From NCBI GenBank assembly GCA_050014195.1, contig JBEKDT010000002.1:288001-352000 (forward strand): DNA of 64,000 nucleotides, given 5' to 3'. The number at the start of each line of letters is the position of its first letter. Positions within the stretch are counted from its first letter, which is position 1. Below, piece after piece: positions 52,854-61,917 of the stretch. This stretch comes from Desulfomonilia bacterium. Lineage in GTDB: Bacteria; Desulfobacterota; Desulfomonilia; UBA1062. The notes beneath the pieces are model-generated. The model ran no database searches. It saw only the letters and a program-made list of their open reading frames with translations, and was not told the origin of the DNA. Position numbers and translations under genes: made by a program.

Positions 52854-54461
52854 CTAGCGATTTTTCCCGAAACGCTCATGGCTTGTAACCCAATCCAGTG
52901 ACGAGAGCGCACCAGCTAGCGAGATCTCTCCAGCCATCACTACGGCAGCTGCGATCTCGGCAAGCTTAAGAACCTTGCCTTGTCCGTAACAACCGAGAAT
53001 CTCCAGACATTCTTTTTGTGTAGGAAGGCCGGTACCGCCGCCGTGGGTTGCCACGATGAGGGAAGGAAGCGTTATGGAGGCATAGAGGTCCCCTTCCGGT
53101 GTAATCTCTGTATAGATAAGCGTGGTAGTGGATTCGGCCACATTGGCCACATCCTGTCCTGTGGCAATGAACAATGCCGTCAGCGCGTTTGCCGCATGGA
53201 GTGCATTGCTCGATGAACCTGCCATGAAGGAGCCTAGGCTGGCTACCCTGCAGAGATGATCAAGCGTCTCGGGATCCACCCGCATATGCTGGATCATGAC
53301 CTCTCGCGGAATAACGATCTCCGCCGTGACTCTCTTCCCCCGTGTGTTCATGGTATTGATCAAGGATGCCTTCTTATCGGTGGCGAAGTTCGATTCCATA
53401 TAGAAATGGCGGACCGTATTTACCTGGGAGAGGATCCAGCTGCATGCCGTAAAGGTGGCCATGCTCACCATGTTCTGCCCTGCTGCATCGCCTGTGAAAT
53501 AATTGAATCGCAGGTAGATGAACTTGCTCGCCTGGTACCTTTCTATATTGAGAAGCTTTGCAACCTTGGAGCAAGACTCAGCCTGCCCCTTGATTTCATC
53601 CATATGCTCATCGAGCCATGTCACGAAGTCCCTGGCCTCTCTGGCTGATTCGAATGCGAATGCAGGGGCCCTTTGCATGCGGTCTTCAACAACGGTGACA
53701 GTAACACCGCCGCACATATTGATGATTTTCATGCCCCGATTATAGGATGCAACCAATGTCCCTTCACTGGCGCACAAGGGGATGAGGAACTCGCCTTTGG
53801 CATGTTCGCCATTGACCTTCAACGGTCCGGCAAATCCGAGGGGGATTTGTGCCACACCGGTAAAGTTTTCGATATTCCCTTTTGTTACGGCAGGATCAAA
53901 GGAATGATGCTTTACATGATGAAGGTGAACGCCGGTATACTCTTCCACGAAATCCTGGCGCTGACGGACGATATCCATGTCGTAATTGTTCTGCTTGTCG
54001 CATGGTATTTTTTTCTGTGTTGACCTGGTCTCAATAACCGAGTCTGTGGCTTCCAGATCCAGTATGCCGTAAGGATCGGTATTGCAGGATATGATGATCT
54101 GATGTTCGACATTTTTTGCAAGGGCGATTGCCTGTGCATGAAACTCTACATCCATGCCCATGGGGAAAGGAAGAGCCTGGTCCTGGTTTATCTCGCTGGC
54201 CTTGAGTCTTGTTCCGTTATTCCTCATGGTCACATCATCAAGGGGGATTTCAAGTCCATTGATGATGAGGCCGGAAACGCCTGTAATGATAGCGTCTTTC
54301 ATGGGATTTTTGATGTTGAATGATACACCGTCTTCGACATTCTTCAGGCTTCCAATAGAATAGATCTTTTTCATGATGAGCGGAGATATCGTTACATGAC
54401 TCTTGGGTTCCGATGCCCTCGTGATGGATACAAGCCTTGGTTCTGTCGTTGTATTTCTCAT
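52854..54461 (-). CDS. Class I HMG-CoA reductase with an extra N-terminal domain
   Basis: IENFTG, SEGTLVASYNRG, TGDAAGQNM, NFATDKK, ATGQD, C-terminal His; start at MRNTT after AAGGA. Confidence 0.88.
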   Translation of the reverse strand: MRNTTTEPRLVSITRASEPKSHVTISPLIMKKIYSIGSLKNVEDGVSFNIKNPMKDAIITGVSGLIINGLEIPLDDVTMRNNGTRLKASEINQDQALPFPMGMDVEFHAQAIALAKNVEHQIIISCNTDPYGILDLEATDSVIETRSTQKKIPCDKQNNYDMDIVRQRQDFVEEYTGVHLHHVKHHSFDPAVTKGNIENFTGVAQIPLGFAGPLKVNGEHAKGEFLIPLCASEGTLVASYNRGMKIINMCGGVTVTVVEDRMQRAPAFAFESAREARDFVTWLDEHMDEIKGQAESCSKVAKLLNIERYQASKFIYLRFNYFTGDAAGQNMVSMATFTACSWILSQVNTVRHFYMESNFATDKKASLINTMNTRGKRVTAEIVIPREVMIQHMRVDPETLDHLCRVASLGSFMAGSSSNALHAANALTALFIATGQDVANVAESTTTLIYTEITPEGDLYASITLPSLIVATHGGGTGLPTQKECLEILGCYGQGKVLKLAEIAAAVVMAGEISLAGALSSLDWVTSHERFGKNR

Positions 54462-54552
54462 TGTCCTTTTCCTTTCATTGAATCTGGAATATATTCCAAT
54501 TTGCCGATTGCCGGTTATTCCATAGAGAGATCTTGACCATACGTATTGATAA

Positions 54553-54568
54553 TCACGAAACGTGCCAA
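54553..54568 (-). promoter_or_regulatory. Candidate sigma-54 promoter
   Basis: TTGGCACG-N4-GTGA (perfect -24, variant -12) 92 nt upstream of the ATG. Confidence 0.45.
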
Positions 54569-54926
54569 GATTGGGCAAATAAATTACGAAACTACCCCCA
54601 GTTGAATATCAGGGGTTGTCTAGTATTTATTTTATCATATTTAGTTATTTCAATCAGTTATGAAACATTATACTGGTGGATAATATTTTGTTATGTGTAT
54701 TATTTTTCCACTATTCGAAGAAAAGCTTTTCCTGGGAATTATTCTCAGGGCTTATTTCCCCGGGCTAGGATTCAAGGATGATACCAGTCATGATAGAAAA
54801 AATCATAATGGTTTACCAAGCGAAGATTAAACTGCTATGAAAAATAGCAACAAGTATTCGTAGGGGTGGTTCAATATTCAATGCCAGCGTAATGGTGCCC
54901 ATAACGGTAAACGAAAAGATATTCTT

Positions 54927-56777
54927 ATGATTTCTACAAAAGGGTTAATTACAAAACTCACCATACGTCTCGAGCTATACATCAATCTCATTGTAGTTCC
55001 TTTGGCCGTATATTACGGAACCATTGCAGGAATGTTTCAGGGTAAAAAGTTATTATACGTTATCTATACCGCAATAATCTCAGCAACCCTTGCCACCCTC
55101 TTCGGCATGTCCATCCGTATCTGGAAGCTTACCGGGATCTTGAATGCCCTTAATGCAGGGACAGAAGACTATGCAACGATCAAGCTTGATCTTCTCTCAT
55201 ACCCCACAACCGAGAGTATTGTCATTGTCCTTCGATGGGTCCTCGGCCTGATGTGCCAATATGCTATTTTACAGTCATCGGTTGGGATTACATGGTTTGA
55301 GACATTGCCGGTATTCTTTATCCTTCTTCTCTGTGTACCCATAAATAGCATAATATCCTATTGCACTACGGAACATCTCCTTTCGCCTGTCCTCATGGAT
55401 GATCGCATCAAAGGCGTACACCTCCCACGGGATTCATATACCTTATTCAGCGCCTCTTTCAGAACTACACTCATCGTCATCTCTGTCCTTATCATTCCAC
55501 TGGTCACCCTGGGGCACTTTCTTTTCATATCCAATCTACAGGCATTCAGGCTGAGCGACCTCTCTATCAATGTTTTCATCATCATGGCGCTATCTCTCGC
55601 TGCTATCTTCGTAACCGTGCATGAATCGAATGCAGGAATACATACGGGCCTGAAGATGACCCTGGATACCCTGGAGGAACTGGAGAAAGGGAATCTGCTT
55701 GTGGAGCCCATACCATTGTTAGCCAAAGGAGAGATCGGAATCATTAGTCAATCGGTGAATGTACTGGCCCATTCTTTGCGGAATTCGGAAGAAATGTTCT
55801 CAAAGGCATTTAGATCCAGCCCTGTTGGAATTGTCATATGGAGGATACAAGACGGTTGTTTTCTCAATATAAATGAAAGCTTTCTCAAAATATCGGGGTT
55901 TTCAAGAGATTCTGTCTTAGGGAAGACCCTTGAAGAGGCAGGATTGTTCAAATCGATCTCTGATTACTACAGGATCGTCCAGACCCTTCAAGGACTTGGG
56001 CAAGTCAGAGGATTCGAAACGGAATTATGTACCAATACCAACGAGATCAGGATGGTCACAATCTCTGCAGAGATAATTATGCTCTCGGATGAACGGTGTA
56101 TGATAGCCACAATAGAAGATGTTACTGAGAAAAAGACCCTGGAAAGAGAGATCCTCAGTATCGGCGAAAGAGAGCGACAGAAAATAGGCCAAGACCTGCA
56201 CGACGATCTCACACCACATCTGATAGGCATCGAGGTCATGAGCGAGTTATTGAAAAAAAAGCTCCAAGAAAACAGTGTCCCTTCAACAAGTGAAGCAGAA
56301 AAGATTAGAAGTCTGATTGAACAGGCTATTCAAAAAACAAGGAGACTCTCCAGGGGATTATGCCCGGTATTCCTCGCCGACCACGGGCTTGAGTCACTAC
56401 TGCAGGAGATGGCGTCAAACATTAAAGAAGTACATGGGATAACTTGCAATTTCAACTATCAACGATCCATTCTCATTGATGATATTTCAATATGTACCCA
56501 TATATATTATATCGTCCATGAAGCTATCTATAATGCCATAAGACACGGAAAGGCAGACAGGATTACTATTGATTTATTGTATAAAAATGGTGTTGTAACA
56601 CTTACAACCGAAGATGACGGCATAGGCATCCGAAACAATGAGAGCCCTCAAGGTATGGGGCTCAAGATTATGAATTTTCGCGCGAATATGATAGGGGCGG
56701 ATTTAAAAATTAAGAGTAATCCGAATGAAGGGACAAAAGTAATATTATCATTCGAGTATGATGGTTATAATAAATGA
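54927..56777 (+). CDS. Membrane PAS sensor histidine kinase (HisKA_3 type)
   Basis: Several TMs, HAMP-like GEIG segment, PAS, ERQKIGQDLHD, NAIRHG, DDGIG, GMGL. Confidence 0.9.
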   Translation: MISTKGLITKLTIRLELYINLIVVPLAVYYGTIAGMFQGKKLLYVIYTAIISATLATLFGMSIRIWKLTGILNALNAGTEDYATIKLDLLSYPTTESIVIVLRWVLGLMCQYAILQSSVGITWFETLPVFFILLLCVPINSIISYCTTEHLLSPVLMDDRIKGVHLPRDSYTLFSASFRTTLIVISVLIIPLVTLGHFLFISNLQAFRLSDLSINVFIIMALSLAAIFVTVHESNAGIHTGLKMTLDTLEELEKGNLLVEPIPLLAKGEIGIISQSVNVLAHSLRNSEEMFSKAFRSSPVGIVIWRIQDGCFLNINESFLKISGFSRDSVLGKTLEEAGLFKSISDYYRIVQTLQGLGQVRGFETELCTNTNEIRMVTISAEIIMLSDERCMIATIEDVTEKKTLEREILSIGERERQKIGQDLHDDLTPHLIGIEVMSELLKKKLQENSVPSTSEAEKIRSLIEQAIQKTRRLSRGLCPVFLADHGLESLLQEMASNIKEVHGITCNFNYQRSILIDDISICTHIYYIVHEAIYNAIRHGKADRITIDLLYKNGVVTLTTEDDGIGIRNNESPQGMGLKIMNFRANMIGADLKIKSNPNEGTKVILSFEYDGYNK

Positions 56778-56797
56778 ATATTGGGAAGTAAATTGGT

Positions 56798-57454
56798 ATG
56801 AACATCGCAAAAAAGGTTAAGATATTGATTGTAGAAGATCATGAGATATTCCGGCTAGGAATCAAAGAACTTATCAACCATGAGCCTGATCTGGCTGTGT
56901 GTGCCGAGGCGGAGGATGTAGATACGGCCAGGACACTGATTAATGCATTTCAACCTGATATGGTCATTATTGATATAACGCTAAAAAAGAGCAACGGCAT
57001 GGATCTCATTAAGGAGATCAGCTCATTCCATAAGACCATGAAGATGCTCGTTCTGTCTATGCATGATGAGCTTCTCTATGCTGAACGGTCTCTCCAGGCA
57101 GGTGCGCAAGGTTATATCATGAAGCAGGAGACCTCAAAATCTATAGTCAAGGCCATTCGTCACATCTTACAAGGTAACATCTATGTAAGCGAGAATATTA
57201 TGAGCAATCTTCTGAACAGAGTGAGAACAGGCCAAGATAATTTCGAGAAATCACCTGTAGAAAACCTTTCCGATAGGGAGCTTGAAGTCTTGAGAATGAT
57301 AGGACAAGGAAGATCAACCGGTGAGATAGCCGCTGAAATGAACCTGAGTGTAAGTACCATCAGTACGTATCGTGAAAGAATCAAAGAAAAGCTCCAGTTA
57401 AAAAATTCTGCTGAGCTCATACGATATGCCGTCCACTGGGTAGAGGATAATTAA
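56798..57454 (+). CDS. NarL/LuxR-family response regulator
   Basis: IVEDH, IDI, LSMH, GYIMK, LSDRELEV..IG.G HTH. Confidence 0.93.
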   Translation: MNIAKKVKILIVEDHEIFRLGIKELINHEPDLAVCAEAEDVDTARTLINAFQPDMVIIDITLKKSNGMDLIKEISSFHKTMKMLVLSMHDELLYAERSLQAGAQGYIMKQETSKSIVKAIRHILQGNIYVSENIMSNLLNRVRTGQDNFEKSPVENLSDRELEVLRMIGQGRSTGEIAAEMNLSVSTISTYRERIKEKLQLKNSAELIRYAVHWVEDN

Positions 57455-57580
57455 ATTTATAGATTTCATGTATTTCTCACAATAATCTTTCAGCCTTCTA
57501 AATATAATTATCTATCTTGTAATTCCTTTTGCTACATCGCCATAAAAGCAGCCGCCACAAAAGATTCGCTTCCTACTGGA

Positions 57581-57610
57581 TTGAAGCGAACACAGAATTA
57601 TTTGTATAAT
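57581..57610 (+). promoter_or_regulatory. Putative sigma-70 promoter of the AOR operon
   Basis: TTGAAG-N18-TATAAT in an AT-rich intergenic region. Confidence 0.4.
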
Positions 57611-57772
57611 ATAATTAAGCTATCAAAAGGAGCTCTGCTGAATATTCTCCCGGCGGATAATTAATCCTTATTTGAAAATATAGTAACCGATCTGTGTAAC
57701 AAGAGGGATTTGATTTTGTATCTAAATAAGACTATATTATGATATTATCTTCACTCCGGGTAGGAGGTAATT

Positions 57773-59632
57773 ATGGCTAACGGATATGCAGGAAAATTCT
57801 TACATGTCAATTTAACAGATTCCACCTGTTCCGACTTCATCATTGATGATGCCACATTGCAAAAATATATCGGTGGGAGTTGTCTTGCTGCAAAGCTCTT
57901 CCTCGACAGGTATCCCATAAATCTCGATCCGCTGGCTCCGGACAGCCCCTTTATGATTATGACAGGCCCCATGGTGGGCAGCGGCTTTCCCGGCACATCA
58001 AGGTTCAGCATCTCTGCAAAATCTCCCCAGACAGGGATCTGGGGCGAGTCCGCATGCGGGGGTACCTTCAGCCCGGATCTGAAGCGGGCAGGTTATGATG
58101 GTATTGTGATTGAGGGAAAGGCCAAATCTCCCGTTTACCTCGCCATTACAGATGACAGTGTTCAGATCCTGGATGCCTCCCATCTATGGGGCAAAGACAT
58201 CTATGAAGCCACTGATATCTTAAAAGAAAAGGATAAATCCTTCAAGGTGCTGACAATAGGCCAGGCCGGCGAAAATAAGGTGTTGATCGCTGCTATCGGC
58301 AATGACAAGGGTCATTTCAGCGGCAGGACAGGTCTCGGGGCTGTCATGGGATCAAAAAATCTGAAGGCCATCATCGTGAAAGGTTCAAAGAAGCTATCCA
58401 AGGCAGATGATGAGAAATTTAAGCTGTTCCAGAAGGAAGCCATGCAGGAGGTGAAAGATTCGGCCCTTGCAGACGGCATCCACCAGATGGGGTCCGACGC
58501 CAACATGGACCTTGGGATGATCACTGGCGATGTACCCATCAAGAACTGGACCGTTGGCCAGGACTTCGAGCTTTCCTCCAACTTGAGCGGACCGACCATG
58601 AAAGAGAAGTATCTCACCAAGGCCCATGCATGCTCGAACTGCCCCGTTGCCTGCAAGAGGGTGGTCAAGGTTGACGACGGCCCTTTCAAGACAGAGGAAG
58701 GCCCGGGGCCCGAATACGAGACCTGCGGCACCTTCGGGACAATGATGATGAATCCCGATCTGGCTGCCGTGATAAAGGCCAATGAACTCTGCAACAAGTA
58801 CGGCATGGACACCATCAGCTGCGGATCGGCCATTGCCCTGGCTATGGAACTCTATGAAAAAGGGACTCTGACAAAGGACGACCTGGATGGGCTCGATCTC
58901 ACCTGGGGAAACATGGATGCCGTGATGGTATTGATCAAAATGATCGCCTTCCGGGAAGGTTTTGGCAATGTGCTGGCTGAGGGAAGCTTGAAGGCCGCCC
59001 AGAAGATAGGAAAAGGGACAGAAGACCTTGTTGTCCAGGTCAAGGGCCTCGAGGCCCCTATGCACGACCCGAGGGGGTTTCATGGAATGGGCCTTGCCTA
59101 TATGATGTCCAACAGGGGAGCCTGCCACCTCCAGCACGCAGTACTTGCCACAGAACAGGGCATGGCCTCGTGGCCCCAACTCTTCGACATGAAGGACGAC
59201 TACATGGGTACGACCAGTGTCGGCAAGGCGGCGTTGGTATACAATTCCGAGAACTACGGCATCCTGGGGAATTCGCTCGCCATCTGCCACTATCTCATCT
59301 ATATATTAAAACCCGAGACCATCCTTGGTGCCTTCAATGCGGTTACCGGCTGGAATCTGAGCTCCCAAGACCTTCTCAAAGCAGGAATGAGGGACTGGAC
59401 CCTGAAACGTGGCTTCAACAACCTGCTGGGAATCACGGCTAAAGATGACAAGCTCCCCAAGAAGCTCTTGACAGCCCTCGAGGAAGGAGGGGGGGCGGGT
59501 TCAGTGCCCGACGTAGAGCTCCTCTTGAAAGAGTACTACATCCTCAGGGGACTCGATGTTCGTGGCTATCCAAAGCAGGAGAAACTCGTTGAACTTGGCC
59601 TTGATGAATTAAAGAACAGACTCTATACATAA
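57773..59632 (+). CDS. aor: Aldehyde:ferredoxin oxidoreductase (tungsten AOR family)
   Basis: GY.GK.L.VNL, KSP.TG, GR.GLGAVMGSKNLK, CxxCxxxC, PEYET, GMDTIS, RGACH. Confidence 0.92.
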   Translation: MANGYAGKFLHVNLTDSTCSDFIIDDATLQKYIGGSCLAAKLFLDRYPINLDPLAPDSPFMIMTGPMVGSGFPGTSRFSISAKSPQTGIWGESACGGTFSPDLKRAGYDGIVIEGKAKSPVYLAITDDSVQILDASHLWGKDIYEATDILKEKDKSFKVLTIGQAGENKVLIAAIGNDKGHFSGRTGLGAVMGSKNLKAIIVKGSKKLSKADDEKFKLFQKEAMQEVKDSALADGIHQMGSDANMDLGMITGDVPIKNWTVGQDFELSSNLSGPTMKEKYLTKAHACSNCPVACKRVVKVDDGPFKTEEGPGPEYETCGTFGTMMMNPDLAAVIKANELCNKYGMDTISCGSAIALAMELYEKGTLTKDDLDGLDLTWGNMDAVMVLIKMIAFREGFGNVLAEGSLKAAQKIGKGTEDLVVQVKGLEAPMHDPRGFHGMGLAYMMSNRGACHLQHAVLATEQGMASWPQLFDMKDDYMGTTSVGKAALVYNSENYGILGNSLAICHYLIYILKPETILGAFNAVTGWNLSSQDLLKAGMRDWTLKRGFNNLLGITAKDDKLPKKLLTALEEGGGAGSVPDVELLLKEYYILRGLDVRGYPKQEKLVELGLDELKNRLYT

Positions 59633-59660
59633 CACCTTATCCATACAGGAGGTATTTTTC

Positions 59661-60089
59661 ATGGCAAAAGTGAAGGCACTAACGCAGGAGTGGATGGATG
59701 CATACAAGGCAGCGATCGTGTCAGACCCTGAGTACAAGCAGATCGCCAAGGACTGGGAAGGCAGTGTGTCGCTCATTGTGAATGCAGACCCAAGTAAGGG
59801 CGTCCCCGAGCCGGTCTATCTCTTCCAGGATTACTGGCACGGTGATGTGGGCGATTTTATCGTGTGCGACAAGGCAAAGGCCGAGAGCGCGAAGTTCGTC
59901 ATGATCGGTGACTATTCCCGCTGGAAGCAGGTAGCCCGCAAGGAGCTCGATGCCACGAAAGGCCTCCTCCAGGGTAAGCTGAAGATGAAGGGCGACCTGC
60001 CTTATGTGGTCAGGAACATCAAGGTCGTCAACAAGGTCGTCGATGTCCTCGGGAAGTTCGAAACACAGTGGCCTGATGACCCTGAATGA
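59661..60089 (+). CDS. SCP2 sterol/lipid-binding domain protein
   Basis: EW..AY....N/S..Y...A..WEG, A.F...G.Y..W, LLQGKLKMKGD. Confidence 0.8.
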   Translation: MAKVKALTQEWMDAYKAAIVSDPEYKQIAKDWEGSVSLIVNADPSKGVPEPVYLFQDYWHGDVGDFIVCDKAKAESAKFVMIGDYSRWKQVARKELDATKGLLQGKLKMKGDLPYVVRNIKVVNKVVDVLGKFETQWPDDPE

Positions 60090-60224
60090 CAAGGAGTAGG
60101 AGACACCAGGCTCATCCTACATTGGTGTAGGTTTAGCTGAATCCGGGATACGCGAGCAGCAATCGTCCTAATGCATTCGTTTATGTAAGGACGTTTGTCT
60201 ACGGATATCCATAAGGAGCGAGGC

Positions 60225-61388
60225 ATGGGTTACGATTCAGATCTATCATTCAATTATTTCGGACCGACCAAGATCATCTTCGGTATAGATGCATCCAAGG
60301 ATGTGGAGATCGAGATGGGCCAGCTGGGCGGGACCAAGGCGGTCGTGGTCACGGACCAGGGCATCATGAAGGCAGGCCTTATTGACCACATTGTAAAGGC
60401 CCTCGGCAGCAAGTGCGTGGGCGTCTTCAGCGACGTCCCTCAGGATACCGGGGTGGAGGTGGTCGATGCGGGTGCCTCCTTTGCCAAGAAAAACGGAGCG
60501 GATATAGTAGTCAGTGTTGGCGGCGGCAGCGTCATCGACACCGGTAAGGGCATGTGCATCCTGCTCACCGAGGGTGGAAACCTGCGGGACATCAATGGGG
60601 TCCAGCTTCTGTCAAGGCCCCAGACCCCGCACGTCGTGATCCCCACCACTGCAGGCACGGGCAGTGAAGTGACCAATGTCGCAGTCATCATGGACAAAGA
60701 GATGGGCCAGAAGCGGCTGGTCGTTGAAAATTTTAATGTCCCCCGGCTTGCCATCCTTGACCCCAAGATGACGGCCAAGCTGCCCAAGCTCATGACCGCA
60801 GGCACGGGCATGGATGCCATGACGCATGCAGTGGAGTCTCTCCACGCCTTACCTCACGAACCAATAACCGATGCGCTGGGTATCCATGCAATAAGGCTTC
60901 TGTCCCGATACCTGCCGGTATGCATAGAGAACGGAAGCGATCTCGTTGCCAGGGGCCAGGTGCAGATTGCAGCCACTATAGCCGGATGGGCATTCGGCAT
61001 CGCGGGTGTTGGAAATGTACACGCCCTGGCACATTCCATCGGTGCTGTTGCCCATGTACCGCACGGCATAGCCAATGGAATCCTTCTGGCAGAATGTATG
61101 GAATTTAACATTGAGAGTTGCCCTGATGCCTATGCCATGGTGGCCGAGGCCTTCGGTGTCCGCGAGAAGGGTATGGATGACATGGGTGCCGCCAAGGCAG
61201 CCATTGCCGCCATCAGGAGATTCACCAAGAAAATCGGACATCCTCAGAAACTCTCGGAGATGAAGGTGAAAGAGGATGATATCGCTAAGGCCGCCGAGCT
61301 GAGCCTGGGTGATGGAGCTATTGTCAACAATCCGCGCTTGGTCCTCGACGCATCCGAAATGCTCGAGATTTACAAAAAAGTGCTTTAA
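60225..61388 (+). CDS. Iron-containing alcohol dehydrogenase
   Basis: GGGSVID, PTTAGTGSE, DAMTHAVE, HALAH, HG.AN; start at MGYD. Confidence 0.93.
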   Translation: MGYDSDLSFNYFGPTKIIFGIDASKDVEIEMGQLGGTKAVVVTDQGIMKAGLIDHIVKALGSKCVGVFSDVPQDTGVEVVDAGASFAKKNGADIVVSVGGGSVIDTGKGMCILLTEGGNLRDINGVQLLSRPQTPHVVIPTTAGTGSEVTNVAVIMDKEMGQKRLVVENFNVPRLAILDPKMTAKLPKLMTAGTGMDAMTHAVESLHALPHEPITDALGIHAIRLLSRYLPVCIENGSDLVARGQVQIAATIAGWAFGIAGVGNVHALAHSIGAVAHVPHGIANGILLAECMEFNIESCPDAYAMVAEAFGVREKGMDDMGAAKAAIAAIRRFTKKIGHPQKLSEMKVKEDDIAKAAELSLGDGAIVNNPRLVLDASEMLEIYKKVL

Positions 61389-61397
61389 AATCCATTC

Positions 61398-61423
61398 GGC
61401 AGGGAGGCACATACCTCCCTGCC
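61398..61423 (+). other. Intra-operon hairpin without U-tract
   Basis: GGCAGGGAGG-cacata-CCTCCCTGCC. Confidence 0.6.
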
Positions 61424-61456
61424 CTACAGACATGATACTACTTGGAGGAAATTCAT

Positions 61457-61876
61457 ATGGCTGATAACATCGTTGAGAACCATGCCGAGGAAGTCCCCTT
61501 TTCCTATGTGATCTCCGACCTTCTCGCAGGTAATCTCCAGCAAAAACCAGACAAGATGAAGACATTAGAAAACATGTACGGTGTAGTTGCCTTGAATCTC
61601 CCTGATATCGAGGCAGCAGTCACGCTCATCTTTGCAGGGGGCAAGGTGAGGATCGAGCCGGGGATCGTGGGTAAGCCCGACCTGATTATTAACTCCAGCT
61701 CTGAGAAGATCATCTCGCTCAACTCCATCAATATCAAGTTCGGACTTCCCTATTACTTCGACGAGCCCGGGATGAATGTGCTCAAGCAGTTGTTGAGCGG
61801 AGAGCTCAAGATCCAGGGCATGTTCACCCACCCCATTCTCCTGACACGCCTCACCAAGATCATGTCGGTGATGTAA
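61457..61876 (+). CDS. SCP2-like lipid-binding protein
   Basis: G..GKPDL.I, LLSGELKIQG C-terminal SCP2-like motif; GGAGG SD. Confidence 0.65.
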   Translation: MADNIVENHAEEVPFSYVISDLLAGNLQQKPDKMKTLENMYGVVALNLPDIEAAVTLIFAGGKVRIEPGIVGKPDLIINSSSEKIISLNSINIKFGLPYYFDEPGMNVLKQLLSGELKIQGMFTHPILLTRLTKIMSVM

Positions 61877-61885
61877 GATTGACTG

Positions 61886-61916
61886 CCCCCCTTCCCTTAA
61901 AGGGGATCAAGGGGGG
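61886..61916. terminator. Hairpin between convergent genes
   Basis: CCCCCCTT...AAGGGGGG outer stem with inner CCCT-taa-AGGG. Confidence 0.55.
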
Positions 61917-61917
61917 T

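Noticed and set aside
52730-54461. Similar N-terminal peptides in DUF2156 (AKVISIDDYR) and HMGR (PRLVSITRA)
   Set aside because: Too short to distinguish from chance without alignments
57455-57772. Moco/Wco riboswitch upstream of AOR
   Set aside because: AT-rich region with no recognisable Moco motif stems
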